A DNA stretch of 64,000 bases from Thermodesulfobacteriota bacterium (lineage in GTDB: Bacteria; Desulfobacterota; Desulfarculia; JACQYL01), in assembly GCA_963675595.2 (NCBI GenBank), contig CAXXLZ010000002.1, positions 1,120,001 to 1,184,000 on the forward strand, in the 5' to 3' direction. This document shows, one piece after another, positions 20,422-30,303 of this stretch. The position numbers and the translations under genes are program-made. Positions within the stretch are counted from its first letter, which is position 1; each line of letters starts with the position of its first letter. The notes under the pieces were generated by a model. It saw only the letters and a list, made by a program, of their open reading frames with translations, was not told the DNA's origin and made no database searches.

Positions 20422-22731
20422 CTAACCATCCAGAAACGACTCCTGTTCAGGCCCTTCAAAAGGAAGGAAAATAACAAACGTGGTGCCCCCCTCCGGGGGA
20501 CAATGCACCTCGATCATCCCTCCATGTCTTTGGATGACGCCGTAAACGATGGACAACCCAAGGCCGGTCCCCTTGCCCGGGTCCTTGGTGGTGAAAAAAG
20601 GTTCGAATATTTTGTCCCGAATGCTTTCGGGGATGCCGCAACCCGTATCGGCGAACCATACGCGCACTCCGCCTTCGTCCTCTTCCTCGCGCGCGGTGAT
20701 TTTGATCCTCCCTTGACCGTCCATGGCATCGGCCGCGTTGAGGAGCAGGTTCATAAAAACCTGTTGAATTTCACCGGGATCGCCTAAAACCTGCCGCATT
20801 TCAGCCTGGTAATCCTCCGTGACCGCGATGTCGTGAAACAGGGCTTGGTGCCCCACCAACTCCACACACCGATGTATGATGTCGCCCACATCGAACAAGG
20901 CGCGCTGTCCCAAGGATTGTCTGCTGAACTCAAGGAGCCGGGTGACGATTTGTTTGCACCGAAGGGTCTGAGCAATAATTTCTTCGACGTCCGAACGGAT
21001 GGAAACCGCCGGACCAAGTTGTCCTTGAATAATTTCCGCATAAATCAGAATACCCGCCAAAGGATTGTTGATTTCATGAGCCACCCCGGCGGCAAGCTGT
21101 CCGAGAGAAGCGATCTTTTCGGCCTGCATGAGCTGAGCCTGAGTTTCCTCAAGCTTCTTTCTCATTCTCAAGGTTTCCCGCAAGTCGGAAAAGATGGCCA
21201 CAATCCCGAGTTCCTTGTCCCCTTCCTTGATCAGAGATGCGGAAAAATTTACGGGAACATCCTCACCGTTCTTGTTTCGAAAGGACATCTGGCTGGTGTT
21301 GAGTTTTCCCGGAGGGCCGAATTCCGCCCCCCGCAGCCGGTCAATCAGCTCCGACGCCGATGCCGTTGTGAAGACTCTGTCCAGCACGCCCGCATGACCG
21401 ATAACCTCTTCGCCTCGATAACCCAGTATCCGCTCGGCGCCTTCGTTATAGATAACGGGCACGCCGGAACGATCCACCACGACGATCCCGTCCACTGAAC
21501 TGTGAATGATATTGCTCAGGAAATTGTTTGCTTTTTCGAGCTCCCGCTCGATCTTTAGTCTGTTGGTAAGGTCTCTGAGATAGATGCAGGTCAGCGCCGA
21601 AGCGCCGAGGCGCGCGACGGCCATGCAGGCCTCGTAAACCCTGTATTCGTCGTTGGATGAATGCTGCTGATCCAAGATTCGACAGTACTGAACCCCCAAA
21701 GGAGGACTCTGGTCGAGCATCCGTTCCAGATCTTCGCCCATGGCGGGGTGGCGGGGTTCGAGCACTTCCCGCAGTTTCTTGCCCACCAAGTCCTCCTTGG
21801 CCTGGCCCACGATCTCCGCCATTCTGGAGTTTACGAAAAGGATCCTCCGTTCCTCATCCAGCATGGCGATCCCCTCCCGCGTCAGTTCGGTAATGAGATC
21901 GATCTTCTTCTGGGCCTCCACCAGGGGCGTGATGTCGCGTATCGCTTCAAAGCCGCCGATAACCCGGCCCGAGGGATCGGTGATGATCGAAGCGGAAACC
22001 ACCACGGGAACCTGCCGTCCGTGCTTGTCTCTCGCCACTCTCCTTACCTCGGAAATGGGCTGCTTGTGCTCCATCACCTGCCGAAGAATGCATTCACACG
22101 TCTGGCACTGTACCGTGTTCAGTACCTGGCCGCAGGTCATCTTTCCCACGACTTCCTGCCGCGAGTAACCCGTAAGCTTCTCCATGGGCTCGTTGATATG
22201 CGTCACCACCAGATCGGGAGCCACCGTGAAGAAGGGCGTGGGGAAGTGCTCCAAAATGCTCGACAGGGTGGCGGTCTGAAGCTGGGTGACCGGATGTGAA
22301 AGCAAGTCCGCCTGGAACTCGCGAAGCACCACAAAACATCCCCGCCCGAACCCCAAAGAGCTTCCAATGGGACTCGCGGTCACCGTGGTGGGCTTGGTTT
22401 TCCCGAACCGGTACTCAAGATTCAAAGGCACCCTTGAGAGGCTTTCGCCTCTCTCCAGGCACCGCTCGATCATGGCGTCCCCACTCTCCAGGCCTTTCAC
22501 TCCCCTGGACAACGGCCGACAGACGGGACACCGGTCCATCAGACGAAAGTCCGGGCCGAAGAGCGCTTGGGCGGAATCATTCAAGAACACCACCCGCTTC
22601 TGCTCATCAACGATCAAGATAGGATCGGGAAAATCACCGGCCAGGTCCGCCAACAACTCAGGCGATGCCGATTGGACCGATGTCCGGCCCCTCTCCCGGG
22701 CAATCGTCCGTTCGCTTTGTTGCCGGTCCAC
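20422..22731 (-). CDS. Cytoplasmic multi-PAS sensor histidine kinase
   Basis: Several PAS repeats, [14 protein letters not shown] and GTGLGL. No TM segment evident. Confidence 0.92.
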   Translation of the reverse strand: MDRQQSERTIARERGRTSVQSASPELLADLAGDFPDPILIVDEQKRVVFLNDSAQALFGPDFRLMDRCPVCRPLSRGVKGLESGDAMIERCLERGESLSRVPLNLEYRFGKTKPTTVTASPIGSSLGFGRGCFVVLREFQADLLSHPVTQLQTATLSSILEHFPTPFFTVAPDLVVTHINEPMEKLTGYSRQEVVGKMTCGQVLNTVQCQTCECILRQVMEHKQPISEVRRVARDKHGRQVPVVVSASIITDPSGRVIGGFEAIRDITPLVEAQKKIDLITELTREGIAMLDEERRILFVNSRMAEIVGQAKEDLVGKKLREVLEPRHPAMGEDLERMLDQSPPLGVQYCRILDQQHSSNDEYRVYEACMAVARLGASALTCIYLRDLTNRLKIERELEKANNFLSNIIHSSVDGIVVVDRSGVPVIYNEGAERILGYRGEEVIGHAGVLDRVFTTASASELIDRLRGAEFGPPGKLNTSQMSFRNKNGEDVPVNFSASLIKEGDKELGIVAIFSDLRETLRMRKKLEETQAQLMQAEKIASLGQLAAGVAHEINNPLAGILIYAEIIQGQLGPAVSIRSDVEEIIAQTLRCKQIVTRLLEFSRQSLGQRALFDVGDIIHRCVELVGHQALFHDIAVTEDYQAEMRQVLGDPGEIQQVFMNLLLNAADAMDGQGRIKITAREEEDEGGVRVWFADTGCGIPESIRDKIFEPFFTTKDPGKGTGLGLSIVYGVIQRHGGMIEVHCPPEGGTTFVIFLPFEGPEQESFLDG

Positions 22732-22782
22732 TCAGGCCCTCCCTTCAGGCCGGTCGGCGAGAATCCCGCCGCTCCGCCGCCT

Positions 22783-23874
22783 TCACGTTTCCTCTCTGGC
22801 CACTTCAACACGTGCTTCTCTCGTAGGTGAAGTGGGGTGAAACACCTGCTCTAAAATCGCAATGCCTCGCTTCAGCTGCGTTCTCGAAATGACCGCCGAC
22901 ATGGAGGAAACGGTACAGCTCAAGGCTTCGATGGATATTCCGTTCCCTTCCAGTGCACTCACCAGCGTGTTGGCGATCCCGTACCGGTCCCCGAAATGCG
23001 GCCCGTGGAGATAGACGGCGGCCATTCCGCCGGTTCGGTAAACGGCGGTCTTTTCCGTGAACGAGTCGAGGCATAGGGCCCTTTCGTCCAAACGCCCGCC
23101 GTTACGGTCCGTTTCACGCAGGCAGAAAGCCAAGTCCATGCTTCCGGACTTTCCGGGAGCGCCGGCAAGAAAAGCGATTTCTAGATTCATGTCCTGCCAA
23201 CCGCGTACGGCCGAGGCCAGAAGGCTGAGATCGCCGGCGCCCGACGAGACTTCCCATAAATCCAGATGGTCCCGGTATTCGATCCAATAAATCCGCGCGA
23301 TCTTCTCCTGAAAGGAGGCGATTACACTGCGGAAGTGCTCATCCGGACCAACAAGGCTGTCGAGAAAATCCGCCGGAGAAACGAACGACGCAAACCGAAA
23401 CCGGCCGAACAGAGCCTGCACGGCACGTTCTTTTTGCGTGATGGGGATGATCGTAGAAACCGCGGAAGGAGAGCTTGCAAACCCGTAAAGGGTCAACCCC
23501 GCTTCGGCGAAGGCGCCGATGAATGCACCGATTATACTTGGGCGCCCGTGGTGAGGAAACACGGAGAAAATGCCTATTTTGGACACCGTTCCCATCCCGC
23601 CGCCGGGAACTCCCAACAACGCGGCATGGGCGACCCCGTCGGAACGCGCGGCACAGAACAAGGTACGGCATCCCGTCCCCGGCCGATCCGGGACGGACGT
23701 CAGAAGAGTCAGGTTGATCTTGTTCAGGGCCAGAGGAGAACAAACCCCCTCGCACAAGGGCGAAACATCCTCCACGCATGAACACGACACGCAGTCGTTG
23801 TCCTCGAGGACTTTCAGACCCCGAACTTCGATCAATCCCGACGTTTCACGCAGGCGCCCATCGGGCGCCCGCAA
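22783..23874 (-). CDS. Stand-alone ACT-domain protein (aspartokinase C-terminal-like)
   Basis: GPHFGDRYGIANTLVSALEGNGISIEALSCTVSSMSAVI plus a second ACT-like repeat (FPHHGRPSIIG..ASSPSAVSTII). No kinase domain. Confidence 0.65.
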   Translation of the reverse strand: MRAPDGRLRETSGLIEVRGLKVLEDNDCVSCSCVEDVSPLCEGVCSPLALNKINLTLLTSVPDRPGTGCRTLFCAARSDGVAHAALLGVPGGGMGTVSKIGIFSVFPHHGRPSIIGAFIGAFAEAGLTLYGFASSPSAVSTIIPITQKERAVQALFGRFRFASFVSPADFLDSLVGPDEHFRSVIASFQEKIARIYWIEYRDHLDLWEVSSGAGDLSLLASAVRGWQDMNLEIAFLAGAPGKSGSMDLAFCLRETDRNGGRLDERALCLDSFTEKTAVYRTGGMAAVYLHGPHFGDRYGIANTLVSALEGNGISIEALSCTVSSMSAVISRTQLKRGIAILEQVFHPTSPTREARVEVAREET

Positions 23875-23883
23875 GTTTGTCCT

Positions 23884-24273
23884 TCATTGCTGAATAAGCC
23901 GTTCCACCGCCTCCACAAGAGTGTTGGAATCCACGGGTTTGGAAATATAGTCGTCCGCCTCCATGGACAGCCCTTGGGCGTGAGTGTAGCTCGTGGAAGT
24001 CACCGCGTCGCCCACCGCGGTCAAAAGCACAATGGGGATGTCCTGAGTCCAGTTGTTGGACTTCAGCTCCGCACAAAGCTCATATCCGTTCTTGCGGGGC
24101 ATCATCACGTCCAGAACCAGCACGTCGGGACGCCTCTTCTTGATGGCCTGCTCGGCCTCAATTCCGTCATAAGCCTTGCCCACCTCATATCCCTTGCCTT
24201 CGAAAACCATGGAAACGGTTTCCACCAAATCGGGATCATCATCGACGATCAGGATATATTTCTTGTCGGACAT
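23884..24273 (-). CDS. Single-domain response regulator
   Basis: ILIVDDD, LDVMMP, LLTA and YISKP. Confidence 0.92.
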   Translation of the reverse strand: MSDKKYILIVDDDPDLVETVSMVFEGKGYEVGKAYDGIEAEQAIKKRRPDVLVLDVMMPRKNGYELCAELKSNNWTQDIPIVLLTAVGDAVTSTSYTHAQGLSMEADDYISKPVDSNTLVEAVERLIQQ

Positions 24274-24375
24274 TGTTCTTCCCTCCTTTTGCAGGATGGC
24301 GTTTTGGAGTCCCCATTTACAACAAATCTCTTAAATCATTTCGCAGTTGTCAACGTCGCTTCCATCCGGGTGTTC

Positions 24376-25305
24376 TTATGCGCTCGGCCGAGGATAAAGA
24401 CCGGCCCGCTCCACAATCTCGGGTACCTTCTCCTCCCATTCAATGGCCATAATGTGAAAGCCTCGAACTCCCTCCACGTCCTTCAGTTCTTCAATCTGTT
24501 CGATGGCCAACTTGATTCCTTCTTCCGGTTGGTTTTCTTTGGGTACGCCTCCCATCCGTTTAACCACTTCGTCGGGCACGTCCATACCAGGCACGCGTTT
24601 CTGCATGTAACGGGCCATGCCCACACTTTTCATCGGAGTGATTCCGGCCAGAATGGACACCTTTTCGTGCAGTCCCCAATCCCTGACCATTCCCATCCAT
24701 GTCTTGAACTTCTCCATATTGTAAATACACTGGGTTTGAATGAACTGAACCCCGGCATTGACTTTCTTGGCCAAACGGGCCACCCGGATTTCAAAGGGGT
24801 CCGCAAAAGGGTTGGCCGCCGCCCCGATGAACATCTTGGGGCGCACGGGCAATTCGAAGCCGCTGAGCAGCTTTCCATCGTCCCGCATCATCTTTACGGT
24901 CTGTATCAACTGTGTGGAATCCAGATCGTACACGTTCGCCGCATTGGGATGGTCTCCGAAATGCGGATGATCGCCCGTCAGACAAAGCATCGTGTTAATC
25001 CCGCAGGACGCGGCGCCCAACAAATCGCTCTGCAGCGCAATCCGATTTCGGTCCCGCGTAACCATCTGAAGGATCGGCTCGTAGCCGAGCTGTTTGATCC
25101 GGACGCAGGACACCAGGCTGCACAGGCGCACCACCGACGTCTGGTTGTCGGTCACATTGATCATATCCACGTAGTCGCCGATCAACTTGGCTTTTTCGTC
25201 GATGATCCGCCCGTCGCAACTCCGCGGGGGACCGCACTCCGACGTAACCGCGAAATGACCTCCCGCCAACACTTTTTCCAGCTTGCTGTCCGTAGTCATA
25301 CTCAT
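24376..25305 (-). CDS. metF: Methylenetetrahydrofolate reductase MetF
   Basis: TSECGPP, NVTDNQ, RDRNRIALQSDL, LTGDHP and FIQTQ. Its ATG overlaps the metV stop (ATGA). Confidence 0.92.
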   Translation of the reverse strand: MSMTTDSKLEKVLAGGHFAVTSECGPPRSCDGRIIDEKAKLIGDYVDMINVTDNQTSVVRLCSLVSCVRIKQLGYEPILQMVTRDRNRIALQSDLLGAASCGINTMLCLTGDHPHFGDHPNAANVYDLDSTQLIQTVKMMRDDGKLLSGFELPVRPKMFIGAAANPFADPFEIRVARLAKKVNAGVQFIQTQCIYNMEKFKTWMGMVRDWGLHEKVSILAGITPMKSVGMARYMQKRVPGMDVPDEVVKRMGGVPKENQPEEGIKLAIEQIEELKDVEGVRGFHIMAIEWEEKVPEIVERAGLYPRPSA

Positions 25306-25970
25306 ACCCGTATATCCTCTCTGACGATCTTTCGAGGTCCGCCGTCGCGGCTGGTGCTCCAATCCTTGGGAGAAACGGGCTGCTGGAAGCGTTCCAACTG
25401 TCCCAAGGTCTTCAGCCGCTCGTAGATCAGGTGCCACCCGCAGTCGATCTCCGAATTGACCTCGCACTTTCCCTTGGATGATCCGCCGCACGGGCCGTTC
25501 AACATGCGCTTCGAACACCGGGCGATGGGGCAAATCCCTCCCGTCTCTGCCAGGATGCATTTGCCGCAGGCTTGGCACCGTTCGGCATAAAGCCCCCGCT
25601 CCAGGTTCACGCCCATGAAGCACGTATCGACACCCGGATAGACGATCTTTTCCGGGAATCGTTCCGCCAGATGCTGACAACCCACGCCGCAGGCAAGGGA
25701 TATCATGGCGTCATATTGGTCCGCTCTGTCCGCTAAAGGGTCCAAGTATTCCCGCTCGCATTGCCGGGTGCACGTCGTCTCGTCGATCTGCATTTTCTTT
25801 CCGGCCTGGGTGAAGTACAACCTCAACGCCGCGGCAAGCACGTTGACTTCCTTGAGGCCGCCCGCCTCGCAAACGGTCACGCACCCGTCACATCCCGCGA
25901 TGAGGAGCGTTTCGTAATCCTTCACCAACTCTATAATTTCCTCGATCGGTTTTCCTATCGCCTTGATCAT
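25302..25970 (-). CDS. metV: MetV (MTHFR C-terminal-like Zn/Fe-S subunit)
   Basis: GCDGCVTVC, LACGVG and CQACGKC..GGICPIARCSKRMLNGPCGG. Immediately upstream of metF. Confidence 0.9.
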   Translation of the reverse strand: MIKAIGKPIEEIIELVKDYETLLIAGCDGCVTVCEAGGLKEVNVLAAALRLYFTQAGKKMQIDETTCTRQCEREYLDPLADRADQYDAMISLACGVGCQHLAERFPEKIVYPGVDTCFMGVNLERGLYAERCQACGKCILAETGGICPIARCSKRMLNGPCGGSSKGKCEVNSEIDCGWHLIYERLKTLGQLERFQQPVSPKDWSTSRDGGPRKIVREDIRV

Positions 25971-26419
25971 GCGGCTTCCTCCCCAATATGGCTCTCCCGG
26001 CGCCCTTCGGTCAAATTGATGGGGCTCGGGCCCAGTTCCTTGATCCGAGTCCCCATTTCCCTTGCGATCTCGGCGAACCTCCCTCCCATCCCGGCGGAGA
26101 GGTTGTACATCTCGATCCGTTCCCCGCCGATTTTCACCTTGTCCAGGATCTGCTTCACATAGTTGACTCGTTTTCTGGCGCGCAGGTTCCCTTTCAAGTA
26201 ATGGCAGTCACCCTCCAGACAACCGGCCACAAACACGCCGTCCGCTCCTTCCTCGAATGCGCTCAACATATGCGTAATGTCCACCCTGCCCGTGCAGGGG
26301 ACTTTGATGATCTTGATGTTCGCGGGATATTGAAGTCTCATCGAACCTGCCAGGTCCGCAGCCGAGTACGCTCAATAGCTGCAGCAAAACGCCAGTATTT
26401 TCGGCTCAAAATCTTCCAT
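25967..26419 (-). CDS. mvhD: MvhD-like [2Fe-2S] subunit, selenoprotein (Sec16), 150 aa
   Basis: MEDFEPKILAFCCSY-U-AYSAADLAGSMRLQYP with TGA at 26372-26374 where the paralog has CNWCAY. PCTGRV and GCLEGDCHY. GGAG RBS. Confidence 0.92.
26342..26358 (-). promoter_or_regulatory. SECIS-like hairpin
   Basis: CGGACCT-GGC-AGGTTCG, 14-30 nt after the UGA. Confidence 0.65.
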
Positions 26420-26430
26420 GTTCGGACTCC

Positions 26431-29400
26431 TTAAGAAAATGCGCTGATACCGGCCCTGATCTGCCCGTCCTCATAGTGGGCCAGTTGGATGACTTTGGCG
26501 GGGCACTCCGACGCACATACCCCGCACCCCTGACACAAGGCCTCATTGATTTCCGAAACGTTGTCCTCGTTGATCTTCGGAACCCCGAAGGGACAACTTC
26601 GCACACACACCAAGCAGGCGGCGCAGCGGCTCGTGTCCACTTTGGCCACCACCCCGCTGATCGTCTGGTGGGTATCCGCCAAAAACGCGCCGGCTCTTGC
26701 CGATGCCGCCAACGCCTGCGCGATGGTTTCGCTGATCAACTTGGGACTATGAGCCGTACCGCACAGGAAGACTCCTTCGGAACTGAAGTCCACGGGCCGA
26801 AGTTTGGCGTGCGCTTCAATGAAGAATCCGTAGGCGTTGCGCGGGACCTTCAGCAGGGTCGCGAGTTCCTCGGTGTCGGACGCCAACGTGGCCGCGCTCA
26901 GAACCACCGCGTCCACCGCCATTTTGATGGGACGGTTCAGAACGTGGTCTATGAACGTCACGCTCAGCTCGCCGTCGGCGTTCTCAACCACGGGCTCCTT
27001 GTCCAGGCTGAAACGGCTGAACAGCACGCCCTTTTTCCGGGCTTCCCGATAATAGTCCTCCAGCAAACCGTAAGTTCGCATGTCGCGATAGAGGATCACG
27101 ACCTCCGTTTCCGGATTCATCTCCTTGAGCTGCAACGCGTGCTTCACCGCGCCCTGGCAACAGATGCGGCTGCAGTTGGGATTCTCCTCGTTTCTGGAGC
27201 CCACGCACTGAATCATGACCACACGCTTCCAGTTCGACGTGGTTCCCGGTTCTTCGTGCATCCGATCGCCCAGTTCAAGCTGGGTCATGACCCCTTCGTG
27301 TTCTCCGTAGAGGAACTCCTTGGGTTTGTACTCGAAAGCCCCGGTGGCCACGATGGCCGCCCCGTGGTTGATCTTCCTCTCGTACATACCCGGGCCCACC
27401 AACACCTCCGTGGTGAAGTTGCCCTTGTATCCGCTGAATCCCACGATCAAAGCCTCGATCAGCACCTGAATCTTTTCATGGGACCGGACCCTTTCAATGA
27501 GTTCGTCCAGGTAGCGGTTCACGTCCAGACCGTCGATGGTGTGATACAGCCGTCGAGCCATGCCGCCCAGAGCCTTTTCCTTCTCGATGACGACGGCTTC
27601 GAATCCCTGCTGAGCCAGATTGAGGGCGGCGTTGAGTCCCGCGATACCGCCGCCGACCACCAGGGCTCTCTGGTTGATTTCCAGGGGTTTTTCCACCAGG
27701 GGATTGAGCAGACCGGCCCGCGCCACGGCCATGCGAACCAGATCCTTCGCCTTCTCGGTGGCCCGGCGGGATTCCTTCATATGCACCCAGGAATCCTGAT
27801 TACGAATGTTGGCCATATCGAACAAATACTTGTTCAGACCGGCATCAATGAGGGTTTCCCGAAACAACGGCTCATGGGTCAAGGGTGTACAGGCCGCCAC
27901 CACCACTCGGTTGATGTCGTTTTCCCGGATGACTTTGGCCATTTTCACCTGAGTGTCCTGGGAGCAAGTGTACAGGTTATCCTCGACGTGGACCACGTTG
28001 GGCAGGGATCGCGCATATTCCCGCACTTCGGGCACGTTGACGATGCCCCCGATATTGATCCCGCAATTGCAGACGAACACGCCCACCCGCGGCGGTCCTT
28101 CCATGACCTCCTTACGTTCGGGCGGCGTCACCTTCACCTCGGTCCGCGTCCAACGAACATCACCCAAAACCGCGCTGCAGGCCGCCGCTCCGGCGGAAGC
28201 CTCCATAACCGACTGTGGAATATCCTTAGGCCCCTGGAAAGTCCCACATACGTAGATTCCGGGGCGGGACGTGCTGACCGGAGACGAGGGCAGCGTTTTG
28301 GCAAAATGGTGCGTATTCAATTCGATGCCAAGCCGGTCCGCCAATTCAGTCGCGCCTTTGCTCACCTCAAAACCCGTGGACAGCACCACCATATCGAACT
28401 CTTCCCGCCTGGGCTCTCCGTTTTCGTCCACGTAACTGATGGCGAGTTCCGCCTCGCCCGTCGGGTCGATGCTGTGCACCCGACAGCGAATAAAGCGGAC
28501 TCCGTGCTCGTTTCTCGCCCGATTGTAGTACTGCTCGAATTCCTTTCCGTAGGTCCGCATATCCATATAGAAGATCGCGGTATCCAGGTCTCCGTGCGCA
28601 TGCTCCTTGGCGATGACCGCTTCCTTGATGGCATACATGCAGCACACGGCCGAGCAGTAGGAATGGTCGCAACGGTTCATATCTCTCGAACCCACGCATT
28701 GCAGCCAGGCGATCTTTTTGGGCTCGTCCCGATCGTAGGGCCGCATGAGGTGTCCCTTGTACGGACCGGAGGCACTCAAAATGCGCTCAAACTCGAGACT
28801 GGTGACCACATTGGGCAGCCGCGTGTATTTGTAGGTCTCGAATCGGCTCGGATCGAACACTTCGTTGCCTAAAGTCAGCAGCACCGCACCCACTTCCACT
28901 TCCCGTTCCACTCGAGTCTGCTCATACTCCACGGCCCGGGCCAGGCAAACCTTTTCGCAGAGCCCGCAGCCGATGCAGGCGTCCTTGTCGATGGAATAAG
29001 CCAGCGGAACCGCTTGAGGGTATTTGATATAGGAGGCTTCTCGCCGGTCCAGCCCACGGTTGAAAAAGTTTACCGCGCTTACCGGACATGCCTTCTTGCA
29101 GTCGCCGCAAGCCGTGCATTTCACCGGATCGATGTATCGCGGACGGCTCTCGAGGACCGCCTTGAAGTTCCCTACGTCGCCTTCCAGGGACTTGACTTCC
29201 GTGTTCGTGAGCACGTCGATGTTCAGGTGACGGCCCACTTCCACCAGCTTCGGGGATATGATGCACATGGCGCAGTCGTTGGTCGGAAAAGTCTTGTCCA
29301 ACTGTGACATGACCCCGCCGATGGAGGGAGAGCTTTCCGCCAGGTAAACGCGATAGCCCGAGTTGGCCAGATCCAGGGAAGCCTGCATCCCGGCGACCCC

Positions 29401-29454
29401 CGCGCCCACGACCAATACCGAGCCGATCCTTCCGTTATTGCTTTCATTCGCCAT
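26431..29454 (-). CDS. hdrA: Heterodisulfide reductase subunit A-like flavo-Fe-S protein (internally duplicated, 1007 aa)
   Basis: Two GxGxxG FAD motifs, DKTFPTNDCAMC, two CVGSR..CSxxCC motifs and ferredoxin-type CxxCxxCxxxC domains. Confidence 0.93.
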   Translation of the reverse strand: MANESNNGRIGSVLVVGAGVAGMQASLDLANSGYRVYLAESSPSIGGVMSQLDKTFPTNDCAMCIISPKLVEVGRHLNIDVLTNTEVKSLEGDVGNFKAVLESRPRYIDPVKCTACGDCKKACPVSAVNFFNRGLDRREASYIKYPQAVPLAYSIDKDACIGCGLCEKVCLARAVEYEQTRVEREVEVGAVLLTLGNEVFDPSRFETYKYTRLPNVVTSLEFERILSASGPYKGHLMRPYDRDEPKKIAWLQCVGSRDMNRCDHSYCSAVCCMYAIKEAVIAKEHAHGDLDTAIFYMDMRTYGKEFEQYYNRARNEHGVRFIRCRVHSIDPTGEAELAISYVDENGEPRREEFDMVVLSTGFEVSKGATELADRLGIELNTHHFAKTLPSSPVSTSRPGIYVCGTFQGPKDIPQSVMEASAGAAACSAVLGDVRWTRTEVKVTPPERKEVMEGPPRVGVFVCNCGINIGGIVNVPEVREYARSLPNVVHVEDNLYTCSQDTQVKMAKVIRENDINRVVVAACTPLTHEPLFRETLIDAGLNKYLFDMANIRNQDSWVHMKESRRATEKAKDLVRMAVARAGLLNPLVEKPLEINQRALVVGGGIAGLNAALNLAQQGFEAVVIEKEKALGGMARRLYHTIDGLDVNRYLDELIERVRSHEKIQVLIEALIVGFSGYKGNFTTEVLVGPGMYERKINHGAAIVATGAFEYKPKEFLYGEHEGVMTQLELGDRMHEEPGTTSNWKRVVMIQCVGSRNEENPNCSRICCQGAVKHALQLKEMNPETEVVILYRDMRTYGLLEDYYREARKKGVLFSRFSLDKEPVVENADGELSVTFIDHVLNRPIKMAVDAVVLSAATLASDTEELATLLKVPRNAYGFFIEAHAKLRPVDFSSEGVFLCGTAHSPKLISETIAQALAASARAGAFLADTHQTISGVVAKVDTSRCAACLVCVRSCPFGVPKINEDNVSEINEALCQGCGVCASECPAKVIQLAHYEDGQIRAGISAFS

Positions 29455-29536
29455 GGAGTGTCCTCTCCGAAGGCCCGCCGCCGTTCCCTTCCCGCCGAAA
29501 GAAGCCGGAGGCCGAGCCGATTGAGTCCAAAGTGAG

Positions 29537-30292
29537 TTAGGCGGTCAGCATGAATCTGGGACTGTGCCCGTCGTAGCTTTTAAGGTCCGCCAGCCCGGTT
29601 CTTTCCAGATCGTTCAGCCGAAGCGACACGCAATAGATCGGCAATCCCGTTTCGGCGGACATTTCACGAACCGTTTTCGGGCCCTTGGCCAGAACCTCGT
29701 AAATGAGGGCCCTCTGGTACTCCTCCTCCGCACAGGCCTTGAAAAACTCCGCGTATCGGGATGGATCGATCCGCTCATGATAAACGTTATCGCGCTCGGT
29801 GACGTGTCGACCCGTTCCCGTGAGCCACCGCAGTTTGGGAGCGGTCAATGCGCGTTCCAGCGCGGGCAGTGCCACGGGGTACGCATCCGGATCAAAGGGT
29901 CCCAGGTCCCGGATCACTCCGGTCAGTTCGGTGATGAAATCGGCGAAAATTTGACCTTCGGCGGCACTGACCCATCGGAGTTGCACCCGGTCTTTTCCGA
30001 TGCCCGAAAAATCCAGTAGGTGGGTAACGAGGCTAATCCTGCGCTGCGCATATACATTACCTTCCAGGTAATGGCAGTCCCCGATGTGTCACCCGAAGAC
30101 GAAAACCCCGTCGAATCCGCTTTTCAATCCTTCCATAATGTGGAGCGGGTCAACCCGCCCGGAACACATGGTGCGGATCACCCGGATGCTTGGTGGATAC
30201 TGAAACCGGGAAACGCCGGCCAGGTCCGCGCCCGCATAAGCGCACCAGTTGCACAAAAAAGCCAGAATCTTAGGTTCGAAGAGCTCGCTCAT
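29537..30292 (-). CDS. MvhD-like selenoprotein (Sec68) with C-terminal winged-HTH-like extension, 251 aa
   Basis: Track ORFs 30089-30292 and 29537-29986 are in one frame across TGA 30089-30091: FVFG-U-HIGDCHYLEGN (canonical GC..GDCHY). C-terminus LIYEVLAKGPKTVREMSAETGLPIYCVSLRLNDLERTGL. Confidence 0.88.
30055..30073 (-). promoter_or_regulatory. SECIS-like hairpin
   Basis: Perfect 8-bp stem CATTACCT-GGA-AGGTAATG, 16-34 nt after the UGA. Confidence 0.75.
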
Positions 30293-30303
30293 GATATCTC
30301 CCT

